Below are positions 9,977-19,465 of a DNA stretch of 64,000 bases, in pieces (position 1 is the first letter of the stretch; every line of letters starts with the position of its first letter). Position numbers and translations under genes: made by a program. The notes beneath the pieces were generated by a model, which did no database searches, was not told where the DNA came from, and saw only the letters and a list, made by a program, of their open reading frames with translations. The DNA comes from a virus (Duplodnaviria > Caudoviricetes): positions 9,989-73,988 of the IMG/VR virus record IMGVR_UViG_3300049988_000118, one strand, 5' to 3'.

Positions 9977-10021
9977 CTGCCTCCCTGCAGGTCCGAAATT
10001 ATAGGTGAACGAGCGAACGAA

Positions 10022-10633
10022 ATGGCCGAACTCATCAGCCTGAGCGAGCTGGCTCGGCGCCTCGGCCGGGCCAAGTCCGGCCTCCACAAGCTCGCGGCCA
10101 ACGGGCAGATTCCGAAGGGGGGCGACGGCAAGTTCGACGAGGCGGCCGTGCGCGAGGCGCTCGCCGCCAACACCGATCCGTCCCGCCAATCGGAGCCGTT
10201 CACGACTGTTCACGGAACAGAGAACGCTGAGAACGGTGAACGCCCGGCCGCGCTGGCCGCCGTCGTTGCCCAAGCCACCGTCGAGGCTCACCTCGCCACC
10301 ACCCGCGTCCGCGAGATCCTGGCGGCCGAGGGCGTTGTCATCGCCGCCGACGAGCCGCTCACATTCAACCATGCCCGGACCGCCGAGAAGATCGTCCAGA
10401 CCTGGGAGCGCGACCGAGCGCATGCCGAGGCCGCCGGCCGGATGATCGACGCAGCGGTCGCAGAGCGTCGATGGGCAGACGAGATGGTGAAGTTCAGGGC
10501 TCGGCTTCTCGCGATCGCGGGCAAGGTCGCGATGCAGCTGTCCCACCTCACCCCGCACGAGGTGCAGGCAATCGACCAGGTGGTGCGGGATACGATGACG
10601 GACGCGGCGGGGGACGATGACGACGCTGCTTGA
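10022..10633 (+). CDS. terS: Terminase small subunit (helper)
   Basis: N-terminal wHTH (SLSELARRLGRAKSGL), C-terminal helical segment, overlaps terL start. Confidence 0.8.
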   Translation: MAELISLSELARRLGRAKSGLHKLAANGQIPKGGDGKFDEAAVREALAANTDPSRQSEPFTTVHGTENAENGERPAALAAVVAQATVEAHLATTRVREILAAEGVVIAADEPLTFNHARTAEKIVQTWERDRAHAEAAGRMIDAAVAERRWADEMVKFRARLLAIAGKVAMQLSHLTPHEVQAIDQVVRDTMTDAAGDDDDAA

Positions 10634-12518
10634 CCGCACCGTCGCCTTAGCGCTCCGCAAGGTCCGTCCCCCGCCCCGCCTGCCCCTGTCGCAATGGATC
10701 GAGGCCGGCAAGAAGAAGGGCCTGTGCCTGCCGGAGGGACTGGTCGCCGACCCCGGCCCCGTCCGTCTCTGGGCGTTCCAGCGAGAGATTGCCGACGCCA
10801 TCGGCGATCCGACCATCCCGCGGGTGACCGTCAAGAAATGCGTCCGCGTCGGCTACACCACCATCCTGGTCGGTGCGATTGCGGGCCACGTCGTCAACGA
10901 GCCGGCGCCGATCATGGTGCTGCTGCCCACCGACGACAGCTGCCGCGACTTCGTGGTGTCCGACCTCGAGCCGATCTTCGATTCGAGCGCGGTCGTTGCC
11001 GGCATCCTCGCGACAGATGCGGACGAGACCGGCCGCAACACGATGATGTACCGCCGCTTCCCCGGCGGCTCGCTCAAGATCAAGGCTGCCCGGTCGCCGC
11101 GCAACCTTCGGGCTCACACGGTCCGCGTCCTGCTGATCGACGAAGAGGATGCGATCGAGGTCACGGCGGAGGGCGACGCCCTCACGCTGGCGATCAACCG
11201 GACGCTGACCTTCTCCAACCGCAAGATCGTCCGCGGCTCGACCCCGAAGGACGAAGACACCTCGACGATCTGCCGGGAGTACGATGCCAGCGACCGCCGG
11301 ATCTATGAGATCCAGTGCGTCGAATGCGAGAAGTTCGCCGAGCCGAAATGGTCCCACATGGAGTGGGACAAGGAGAAGGACGCCCAGGGTCGGACGATCC
11401 GCCATCTGACCGAGACCGCGAAGTGGGCCTGCCCGAACTGTGGGGTGATGATCCCGGAGCGGCGCAAGGCCGAGATGGTCACGAAGGGCCGATGGCGCGC
11501 AACCCGTCCGGAGGTGAAGGGCCACGCTGGCTTCGCCCTGTCGGCTCTGATCTCGCCTCACGTCAACGCGTCCTGGTCGGAATTGGCGGCCGAGTACGTG
11601 GCGGCCTCCGGTCAGCCGGATCTGCTGCGCACCTTCCACAACACGAAGCTGGGCGAGGGCTGGTCCGAGAGCGTCGACCAGACCACCGCCGATGCGCTGG
11701 CCGACCGGGTCGAGGCCTTCGGTCTCAACATTGAGGTGCCGGACCCGAACGCGCCGGGCGGCAAGCGGATCCTGACAATTCCCGAGGCGGTCCTGCTCAT
11801 AACCGCCGGCGTCGACGTCCAGCCGGACCGCCTCGAAATCTCGATCTACGGCTGGGACCGCGATGGCGTCGCCTATGCGCTCGGCCACTTCGTCCTCTGG
11901 GGCAACACGCTGGAGGGTTTTGTCTGGCGCGAGCTCGACGAGTTGCTGCTCCAGCGCTGGGTTCACCCGTTCAGCGGCAAGATCGGCATCGAAGTTACCT
12001 GCGTCGATTCCGGCGACGGCGGCACGACGGAGGCGGTCTACGGATTCTGCTGGCCAAAGCTGAAGCGCGGAGTCCTGCCAATCAAGGGCATGGGCGGACG
12101 CCGGGCGATCATCGAAGCGTCCAAGGGCACGGTCTCGGGCGGCGCGCTCGGCGGTAAGGGCCGGCTTTGGATCGTTGGCGTCGACGAGGTGAAGCAGATC
12201 CTCCTAACCAAGTTCTCCCGGTATCCGGATCAGGTCCGGTTCTCGGAAAGCCTGCCGCTGTCGTGGTTCTCGCAGCTGACGTCCGAGCGTCGCATCGTAA
12301 AGCGCGTAGGTGGCCGACCGGTGCGGAAGTTCGAGCGGCTGAAGGGTGAGGCCGCCGAAGCGCTTGACGCCACTGTCTACGCTTTCGCCGCCCGCTACGT
12401 CCTGCCGCCGATCGATTTTGATGCACGCGAGAAGCGCCTTCGTGATCCTAGCTTTGCGCCGCTCGCGCCGACTGCGCCGCCACGTGACGTGCGTCGATCT
12501 AAGTACATGGAGCGCTGA
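10617..12518 (+). CDS. terL: Terminase large subunit, lambda GpA family
   Basis: KKCVRVGYT Walker A-like, LLIDEED Walker B, GSTP, CPNCG, TAGVDVQ.DRLE nuclease motif, EALDATVYA. Confidence 0.95.
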   Translation: MTTLLDRTVALALRKVRPPPRLPLSQWIEAGKKKGLCLPEGLVADPGPVRLWAFQREIADAIGDPTIPRVTVKKCVRVGYTTILVGAIAGHVVNEPAPIMVLLPTDDSCRDFVVSDLEPIFDSSAVVAGILATDADETGRNTMMYRRFPGGSLKIKAARSPRNLRAHTVRVLLIDEEDAIEVTAEGDALTLAINRTLTFSNRKIVRGSTPKDEDTSTICREYDASDRRIYEIQCVECEKFAEPKWSHMEWDKEKDAQGRTIRHLTETAKWACPNCGVMIPERRKAEMVTKGRWRATRPEVKGHAGFALSALISPHVNASWSELAAEYVAASGQPDLLRTFHNTKLGEGWSESVDQTTADALADRVEAFGLNIEVPDPNAPGGKRILTIPEAVLLITAGVDVQPDRLEISIYGWDRDGVAYALGHFVLWGNTLEGFVWRELDELLLQRWVHPFSGKIGIEVTCVDSGDGGTTEAVYGFCWPKLKRGVLPIKGMGGRRAIIEASKGTVSGGALGGKGRLWIVGVDEVKQILLTKFSRYPDQVRFSESLPLSWFSQLTSERRIVKRVGGRPVRKFERLKGEAAEALDATVYAFAARYVLPPIDFDAREKRLRDPSFAPLAPTAPPRDVRRSKYMER

Positions 12519-12520
12519 GC

Positions 12521-12775
12521 ATGGCCGGCACTGTGAAGACGCCGGCCGAGATCCGGGCGGACAAGCTCGCCGAGATCGAGCGCATCAACCGGAACCTCAC
12601 TCGGGGCATCAAGAAGGTCCGGGAAGAGGATCGCGAGATCGAGCACGTAGATCCGAAATACCTCATCCGCCGGCGCGACGAGCTTCTCGCCGAGACGGGC
12701 GGCGCCAACGAGACCGGGCCCGAACTAACGGCCCGCGTGCGGCAGGTCCGCATGATCGGGCGAAAGGGATACTGA
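12521..12775 (+). CDS. Head-tail joining protein (lambda gpW-like)
   Basis: Small ORF between terL and portal; TGATG coupling. Confidence 0.65.
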   Translation: MAGTVKTPAEIRADKLAEIERINRNLTRGIKKVREEDREIEHVDPKYLIRRRDELLAETGGANETGPELTARVRQVRMIGRKGY

Positions 12776-13943
12776 TGGGCCTTCTCAGCCGGATGTTCGG
12801 CGGCGCCAAGCGAGGTGCCGCGCGCGCCTTCTTCGCCCCAGGCTTCGGCTACGAGGGGGCACGCTTTTCGCGCCGGCTTCGCAGCTGGCTGCCGGAGCGC
12901 GCCAGCATCAACGCGCTGCAGGCGCAGGGCGGCGAGCTTCTCCGCGCCCGCGCCCGCCAGCTGGTGCGCGACAACGCCCTGGCCGCGTCCGCGATCGACA
13001 CGTGGGTCGGCTCCGTCGTGGGCGACGGCATCACGCCGTCTCCGACGATCGACGACAAGGCCCTGAAGACGGCCATCAAGGAGGCGTGGCTACGCTGGAC
13101 CGACGAGGCCGATGCCGACGGCCTGACGGATTTCTACGGCCTGCAGGCCCTCGTCGCCCGGTCGATGTTCACCGGTGGCGAGTGCTTCGTCCGGTTTCGG
13201 CCTCGCCGGATCGAGGACGGGTTCAGCGTTCCGCTGCAGCTTCAGATCTACGAGGCCGAGCAGCTGCCGCTGTCCTTCAACGTGCAGCGCTCGGACATCG
13301 GCAACGAGATTCGACACGGCATCGAGTTCGACCGGATCGGCCGGCGCCTCGCCTACCACTTCCTGAAGGTCCGGCCCGGCGACGGCGCCTATGCCTACGG
13401 CCTGGAGAATGGCGATCGCGTGCGCGTGGCGGCTTCCGAGGTCATGCACATCTACCGCCCCCTGGAGGCTGGACAGATCCGAGGGCAGACGCAGCTCGCC
13501 GCCGCGATGGTGCGGATGCACCTGCTCGACAGCTACGATGACGCCGAGCTCGACCGGAAGCGCGTCGCTGCGATGTTCGCAGGCTTCATCAAGAAGAACG
13601 CCATCGGCGACCCGCTCCCGGTCCCGGCCGGGTCCGACGCCTTCGGCGGTTTCGGTGGCGTGGGGGATCAGCCGCCTCCGATGGAGATCGAGCAGACCGT
13701 CGCCGACATGGAACCGGGCACGATGAACGTGCTCAACCCCGGCGAGGAGATCACGTTCTCGAACCCGGCCGACGTCGGCGGCTCCTACGAAGCCTTCATG
13801 TATCGGAACCTGCTCGCCATCGCGGCGGGGTGTGGCGTTCCCTACGCGGCCATGACCGGCGACCCGAGCAAGGGCAACTTCTCGTCCCAGCGCAGCATCG
13901 AGCTCGAATACAAGCGCCGGGTCTCGCAGTTCCAACATCAGAC
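12775..13943 (+). CDS. Portal protein, lambda family, 5' segment (interrupted by satellite)
   Basis: LRARARQLVRDN, GECFVRFR, GIEFDRIGRRLAYH, GQIRG, YAAMTGD.S..NFSS motifs. Junction at ...QFQHQT; continues at 31834. Confidence 0.95.
13934..13943 (+). repeat. attL core AACATCAGAC
   Basis: Exact 10-bp direct repeat with 31824-31833 at both portal breakpoints. Confidence 0.92.
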
Positions 13944-13979
13944 TATGTGCTTTGGGCTAAGCCCTTCGTAAATAACGAG

Positions 13980-14003
13980 AAAGCCGCTTTCGGGCGGCTT
14001 TTT
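13980..14003 (+). terminator. Intrinsic (likely bidirectional) terminator just inside attL
   Basis: AAAGCCGC-TTTCGG-GCGGCTTT-TT. Confidence 0.8.
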
Positions 14004-14128
14004 CTGTGGGCGCGCGGGTGGCCTGAGAAGTCTGCCTAAGTCGTTGAAGTCCCATGAGGACCGGCGGCGCCACGCGACATGCGCGCGACATTCGATGCGA
14101 CAACGAACGCGACAAAATCGGAGGGCCT

Positions 14129-14341
14129 ATGTCCATGCACCCTGAGCAGGATTTGCTCTACGGCGTCCCTGCCATTGCGACTTTCCTCGGCATCCGGCCA
14201 CGTCAGGCCAAGCACCGAGTTGCAACGGGCGAGATCCCCTCGTTCCGCATTGGGGAATCCATCTGCGCTCGCCGCTCAACTCTGACGGCGTGGCTTGCCG
14301 AGCGCGAGGCCGAGGCCCAGCGGAGCCGGTCCAATGCCTGA
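14129..14341 (+). CDS. Excisionase-like HTH protein
   Basis: LLYGVPAIATFLG..GEIPSFRIG.SICARRSTL..W (HTH_17/Xis pattern); GGAGG RBS; adjacent to att. Confidence 0.7.
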   Translation: MSMHPEQDLLYGVPAIATFLGIRPRQAKHRVATGEIPSFRIGESICARRSTLTAWLAEREAEAQRSRSNA

Positions 14342-14657
14342 CATCGCCAACACCAGCCTGTCCCCGGTCACGGCCAACCCGACCGCCCACCGCAACACTG
14401 ATGTCGCGCGCTTCGTCTGCCAGATCGGCGGCATCCGTCTCACGGGTGTCCGGCTGATGCGGATGCCCAACGGCGGCCACTTTGCCCAGCCGCAGTTGCG
14501 AACGAAGGGCAGGGGCACCCCGTCCGTCGGTACGACGATCACCGACCCGAACCTCATGAGCGCCATCACCTACGCGGCGCTCGCCCGCCTCTCCACGACG
14601 GACACCGACACGGCCGACGAAGGCCACAGGCACCGTGCCGTCCGCCGCCGGACTTAA
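14334..14657 (+). CDS. Satellite hypothetical protein
   Basis: ATG 14334 overlapping the xis end. Confidence 0.45.
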   Translation: MPDIANTSLSPVTANPTAHRNTDVARFVCQIGGIRLTGVRLMRMPNGGHFAQPQLRTKGRGTPSVGTTITDPNLMSAITYAALARLSTTDTDTADEGHRHRAVRRRT

Positions 14658-14946
14658 CCCCGACCGCCGAGCCGATCTCGCCGACGAGATCGCCGACCTC
14701 CGGCACCGGCTGGCCTGCATCGAGGCCGAACTAGGCTTAGGCTCGCCAGGATTGGCCCAGGACGGGCGAGACCCGTTCGCCGAGGGCCATCTCACCTTGC
14801 AGCGAGCCGCGGGCGCCTGGGGCGTCACCGACGAGGCGGCGCGGAAGAGGGCGCTTCGTCTCGCATCGCTGGGGATGGCCGAGCGGCGCCGGCCCGGCGG
14901 CTGGCGGATCTCGACAGCCGGTGTACGGTTCTATCTCGGAGGGTGA
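14635..14946 (+). CDS. Satellite hypothetical protein, possible HTH
   Basis: LTLQRAAGAWGVTDEAARKRA pattern. Confidence 0.5.
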   Translation: MPSAAGLNPDRRADLADEIADLRHRLACIEAELGLGSPGLAQDGRDPFAEGHLTLQRAAGAWGVTDEAARKRALRLASLGMAERRRPGGWRISTAGVRFYLGG

Positions 14947-14949
14947 CCC

Positions 14950-15456
14950 ATGCCGGACTATTCAGCGGAGATCGGCCGGGTGCTGGCCGAGCGCGACGGC
15001 GTGGATCCGCACGGGGACATCGCCGTGATGACCCGGGCGCTGATGAAGCGATTCCCCGGCGTCACCACCGAGATGATCTTGCGCGGTTGGGAGATCGCAC
15101 GGGAGATCATCGCCACCGACGCCAGGATGGCACCGAGCGTCCGGAAGGTGCCGGTGGTGTTCGGGGAGCCGACCTTGGCTTGGCGTTGCACGGAGCTGGA
15201 TCGGCTGTGGCTGAGCGCCAACGGCCGCGCCTACTTCATCCGCCCCGCGCTTGAAAACGAGACCTGGACCCTCGGAAAAAGCCTCCCCGCCGGCATGACC
15301 GCTCTTGCAATCGTCCGGGGCACCGATGGGTCGACGATCGCCTTCGCGTGCCGCGACCCCAGCGCGCTGACCGAAGCCTCGGACGATGCCCTTGCCGGCG
15401 TGTTCGATGACGAGATCGACGCGGCCGTCGAGCGGACCGCGCGCGGGCCGGAATGA
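14950..15456 (+). CDS. Satellite hypothetical protein
   Basis: GGAGG RBS; operon context. Confidence 0.5.
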   Translation: MPDYSAEIGRVLAERDGVDPHGDIAVMTRALMKRFPGVTTEMILRGWEIAREIIATDARMAPSVRKVPVVFGEPTLAWRCTELDRLWLSANGRAYFIRPALENETWTLGKSLPAGMTALAIVRGTDGSTIAFACRDPSALTEASDDALAGVFDDEIDAAVERTARGPE

Positions 15457-15569
15457 TGGCTCGCGCACGTCAGCGGGCAGGAGAATGGCCCGCCGGAGCT
15501 GGCGATAGGTTTTAGCCCCGGCAGGTAGCGGGTGCGGGGGAAAGCACTCTTGCGGTGATTCCGAGACAG

Positions 15570-16004
15570 CTAGACGGCCGTACCGTCGAACCACGCCAGG
15601 ACGCGTCCTTCCAGCAACCCGCGGAAGAGTTCGTAATCACTTGAGGCATATTTCGGCCCGCGACCGGAGGATCTTCCGTTGATCCATGGGTCTTCAGTGC
15701 CAATACTGTTTTCCCACAATCCAAATGCGAAGGCGGTCTGCTTGCAATTTGGGTCGGTCAACGTAACCGTTACGGTAATGCAGCCGCTTACGCCCTCGGC
15801 GCGGGCACTCGTATATTTCAGATTGCTCGTCTCTGTCGGGTCGCTCGCCGAGATAGCATCAGCCATAGCATTCAGATCATTGAAGATAAAATGATACTTC
15901 TGCATTATATGAGCTTCGAGGCCGGCGCGAGCGACTGGCTCGAATCTGTTAATGTACCGCGCAATACTTGTTCGAAACTCTGAGTAATCCCGCTCGTTAG
16001 CCAT
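15570..16004 (-). CDS. Satellite cargo, unknown function (AT-richer)
   Basis: GAAGGAG RBS before ATG 16004; counter-oriented. Confidence 0.6.
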   Translation of the reverse strand: MANERDYSEFRTSIARYINRFEPVARAGLEAHIMQKYHFIFNDLNAMADAISASDPTETSNLKYTSARAEGVSGCITVTVTLTDPNCKQTAFAFGLWENSIGTEDPWINGRSSGRGPKYASSDYELFRGLLEGRVLAWFDGTAV

Positions 16005-16070
16005 ACTCACTCCTTCGGCGCCGGCACCCATACCGCGCTCTGCTTCCCATTCATATCGGAGCATCTCAGC

Positions 16071-16469
16071 ATGCCGAAGTCGAGACGCCGCCCGCAAGCG
16101 GCCGATTCCGCGCGCCTGCCCGTCGTCCCCGAGGACTTCGAGGCGGTGACTGAGGCGGATCGCCGGTTCTTCCTACGGTATCCGCAGCGGTCCTATCGGG
16201 TTCGGCATACAAGCCGGGCAGAGATAGACCAGGGCGCACGCGCCGGCAGTGCGTTCGAGGCGCCTTACGCCAAGTTCCGCTGGTTCACCGCGATCCGACA
16301 GGTGGCGCCGGGGTGTCGGCTGCGTGTGTATCTCCAGGCGCCCGCGCTGTGCGAGACGGACATACCGGAAGCACTGGCGGCCGATATCTACCATCGGTTC
16401 GAGGGGCAAAGCGCTCGCGACACGACAATTCTTATGATGGATGCCCTGAGAAAGGCGGGCGCCCTATGA
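16071..16469 (+). CDS. Satellite hypothetical protein preceding primase
   Basis: GGAG RBS; ATGA coupling to primase. Confidence 0.55.
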   Translation: MPKSRRRPQAADSARLPVVPEDFEAVTEADRRFFLRYPQRSYRVRHTSRAEIDQGARAGSAFEAPYAKFRWFTAIRQVAPGCRLRVYLQAPALCETDIPEALAADIYHRFEGQSARDTTILMMDALRKAGAL

Positions 16470-18763
16470 CGACCGCCGCCGCGGGTGAGCGCCCGCCGAA
16501 ACCCGCCTATCAGCCCTTCACCGGCCTGCCGGACTTGCCGGCGCTGTGCGAGATGCGCGCCCGGCCTCAGTGGCTTGCCTGGGACTACGTGTGGCGCCCG
16601 GAAAAGGCGAAGTGGGACAAGCCCCCAATGAACGCCCGGACGGGCGGGGCCGGCTCGTCAACCGACGCCTCGACGTGGTCCACCTATGACCAGGCCGCGG
16701 CGCGTGCCTCTCGTGAGGGGCTGCCAGGCGTCGGCTACGTCCTGTCGCCGGAGGTCGAGGACAGCGGTGTCGACCTCGACAAGTGCCGCGATCCCGAGAC
16801 GGGTATACTTCAGGCATGGGCGCAGGTGGCCGTCGATTTCGCCGAGACCTACACCGAGGTGTCGCCGTCCGGTCGCGGGCTGCGCTTCTTCGTCAAGGGG
16901 TTAGTCGACGGTCGCAAGATCGATGCGGCCCAAGTGGAGATCTACACCAAGGGCCGATACCTGACCGTCACCGGGCAGCATATCCCTGGCACGCCCACGG
17001 AGATTCGGGAGGCGCCCCGGCTCATCGCCTACCTTCAGGAGCGCGCCGACCAGTTCCGAGAGGTCGAGCGTGCCGCCGCTGATCGCGCCCGAGAGAACGA
17101 GCGCAAGAAGGCCGAGAAGCATGCCGCCCGCGAGCCCCGCCCTGAGCCGGGCCCGACAGTCAGCGAGCGGGCCTCGGCGAGCGCTCGGCAGCGTGGTCCG
17201 CGCGAGGGCGGCGACTTCTGGCGAACCGTCAACGACCGCGCCCTTGCGAACCTTGGCGCATGGGTCCCGAGCGTGTTCCCCGGCGCCCGTTGGCAGGCTG
17301 GCACAGGCGCCTACCGCGTTGAGCAAAGCGCGCTTGGCGAGGGCTACGAGGAAGACCTGTCCCTGCACCCGGACGGCATTCGGGACTTTGGCAGCGGTGA
17401 CATGGGAGACTCGCGCGACGGCGCGCGGACGCCGATCGACGTGGTGGAAGCCTACCTGCCGGCGAGCGACGCCGCGGCGGCGGCCATGTGGCTGTGCGAT
17501 CGGCTCGGCATCCGGCCCGAGGACATCGGGTGGCGTGGCGGGCGTAACGAGGGTGCGGAGCGCCCGCGGTACGAGGGGCCCCAATCCGATCCGGGCCCCA
17601 CCGCCGAGTCGCCGCCGGCATTCCGGGCGCGTCCGTTCGTGTGGAAGGACCCGCACACCCTGCCGATGCGCGAATGGCTTCTCGGCCGGCACCTGATCCG
17701 AAAATACACGAGCGCCACCGTCTCGCCGGGTGGCCTGGGCAAGTCGTCCATCATCATCGTGGACGCGCTGGCCCTCGTGACGGGTCGCAACCTCATCGGA
17801 CACCAGCCGCATGGACGTCACCGGGCGATGATCTGGAACGGCGAAGACCCGATGGACGAATTGCAGAAGCGCATCACGGCGGCCTGCCTCTATTTCGAGA
17901 TCGACCGGACCGAGATCGAGGGGCGCTTGTTCGTCAACTCCGGACGCGACGACCCGATCACGGTGGCGAGAATGCACAGGGGTGACGTGGTGATTGCCGT
18001 GCCGGTGGTGGACGCTCTTAAGGCGACCATCTTGGCGAACGAGATCGACGTCGTGTTCGTGGACCCGTTCGTGTCCTGCCATGAGGTGACGGAGAACGAC
18101 AACAACGCCATTGATCGTGTGGCGAAGCTGTGGGGCCGGATCGCAGGCGAAACGAATTGCAGCATCGAGCTCGTCCACCATTCGCGGAAAACCGGCGGCG
18201 CCGAGATCACCGTCGAGGACGCGCGCGGCGCCGTGGCTTTGCTCGCCGCGGTTCGCTCGGCCCGGACCCTCAACGGCATGCAAAGGGACGAGGCTGAGAA
18301 GTGGGGTATTACGGATCGCGGGCTGTATTTCCGAGTGGACAACGGCAAGGCAAATCTCGCCCCGCCGCCGTCTGAAGGCTCGGCGTGGTTCAAGAAGCAA
18401 TCCGTTTCCCTCGGCAACGGCGGCAGCGTTGGGAGCATCGTGCTCGACGGTGACAGCGTTGGCGTGGTGGCAGCGTGGGAGCCGCCGAACCCAATGGATG
18501 GCGTGTCAGTCGATGATCTGAGAAAAGCTCAGGCAGCGACAAGGGAAGGCCGCTGGCGCGAGAACTCACAGGCTCGCGACTGGATCGGCAAGCCGATCGC
18601 CTACGCCCTCAGGCTCGACGCAGACAACAAGGCCGACCGCGCCCGCATCAAAGGGATGCTCGCCGTCTGGATGAAGACTGGCATGTTCGTGGCCGTCACC
18701 GGCAAGGACGACAAGGCGATGGACCGGACCTTCATTGAGGTTGGCGAGAGCGCAGTCGACTGA
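16466..18763 (+). CDS. Satellite primase-polymerase fused to AAA_25/RepA-like SF4 helicase
   Basis: Prim-pol N-terminus homologous to 2228-4630; Walker A SPGGLGKSS, VFVDPF, LVHHSRK, DARGA. Confidence 0.85.
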   Translation: MTTAAAGERPPKPAYQPFTGLPDLPALCEMRARPQWLAWDYVWRPEKAKWDKPPMNARTGGAGSSTDASTWSTYDQAAARASREGLPGVGYVLSPEVEDSGVDLDKCRDPETGILQAWAQVAVDFAETYTEVSPSGRGLRFFVKGLVDGRKIDAAQVEIYTKGRYLTVTGQHIPGTPTEIREAPRLIAYLQERADQFREVERAAADRARENERKKAEKHAAREPRPEPGPTVSERASASARQRGPREGGDFWRTVNDRALANLGAWVPSVFPGARWQAGTGAYRVEQSALGEGYEEDLSLHPDGIRDFGSGDMGDSRDGARTPIDVVEAYLPASDAAAAAMWLCDRLGIRPEDIGWRGGRNEGAERPRYEGPQSDPGPTAESPPAFRARPFVWKDPHTLPMREWLLGRHLIRKYTSATVSPGGLGKSSIIIVDALALVTGRNLIGHQPHGRHRAMIWNGEDPMDELQKRITAACLYFEIDRTEIEGRLFVNSGRDDPITVARMHRGDVVIAVPVVDALKATILANEIDVVFVDPFVSCHEVTENDNNAIDRVAKLWGRIAGETNCSIELVHHSRKTGGAEITVEDARGAVALLAAVRSARTLNGMQRDEAEKWGITDRGLYFRVDNGKANLAPPPSEGSAWFKKQSVSLGNGGSVGSIVLDGDSVGVVAAWEPPNPMDGVSVDDLRKAQAATREGRWRENSQARDWIGKPIAYALRLDADNKADRARIKGMLAVWMKTGMFVAVTGKDDKAMDRTFIEVGESAVD

Positions 18764-18765
18764 GC

Positions 18766-18891
18766 TTCCACACCCGAGGTTCGGGCCTTCGCGCGTCCAC
18801 ACCCCACCCCACACCCCTATAGGGGTGGTGGTGTGGAATGGAGTTTCCACACTTCCACACCATTCCACACCACGCCTCGCAAGGTGTGGGA
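18766..18891. repeat. Iteron cluster, putative satellite origin
   Basis: TTCCACAC at 18766, 18845, 18853, 18863; inverted GTGTGGAA at 18831; palindrome ACCCCTATAGGGGT at 18813-18826; directly after the primase stop. Confidence 0.75.
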
Positions 18892-19008
18892 GGCGACGAC
18901 ACGGCATGCTGTCACGATGGCCCTAATGCACGTGGTCGGGGACGATGCGGCTTGATGCATCCCGGGCGACCTGCGGTGTCACCCGGGATACCTGGTTCGT
19001 GAGCGGCG

Positions 19009-19383
19009 CTAGACCCGATTGAACTCGCGTGCGTGCAAGTTGCTACCCGCGCGCACCATCGTCACGTTGAGCCGCTTGAAGCACGCCAGGAAGTCGGCGA
19101 GCGACAGGGGAACGTCGACAGCGACCAGATCGATCGGCCCGTCCTGAGGCATGGCCTTCGTGGCCTCGTCGTAGCTGTTGCCCAGGGCATAGTGGGCCGT
19201 CAGCTTAGTGGACCCGTCTACCTCGCTCTGCCAGAGGTCGAAGGCCACGAGGAAGCGGCCGGCAGGGGCAAGCCCGCGGGCAGCGAGCGTCGCCCCCAAG
19301 TCATCGACGGCGGCATTGTCGGCCGCGGCCGAGCCCTCCCAATCGCCGTACTGCGTCTCAGCCTGCAAGCGCTCCATGACCAT
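19009..19383 (-). CDS. Satellite cargo, unknown function
   Basis: GGAG RBS before ATG 19383; counter-oriented between ori and cos. Confidence 0.55.
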   Translation of the reverse strand: MVMERLQAETQYGDWEGSAAADNAAVDDLGATLAARGLAPAGRFLVAFDLWQSEVDGSTKLTAHYALGNSYDEATKAMPQDGPIDLVAVDVPLSLADFLACFKRLNVTMVRAGSNLHAREFNRV

Positions 19384-19465
19384 GCTCCGTACAACCGTGG
19401 GCGGACGGCATACGACCAAGCGGAGGCCGGGCCTAGGGGCCAAGCGGCGATCGTCACGGAGACCC

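Noticed and set aside
9896-10021. Shared N-terminus MLRLTTAAHNG... of ORFs 9896 and 19506
   Set aside because: Artefact of the duplicated cos DNA; real terS starts have RBSs at 10022 and 19669.
12775-13971. Portal as a decayed pseudogene
   Set aside because: Both halves are intact and rejoin in frame through the att core; the MCFGLSPS tail comes from satellite DNA.
18766-18891. CRISPR-like or microsatellite array
   Set aside because: Short 8-mers in both orientations without unique spacers and no cas genes; fits iterons.
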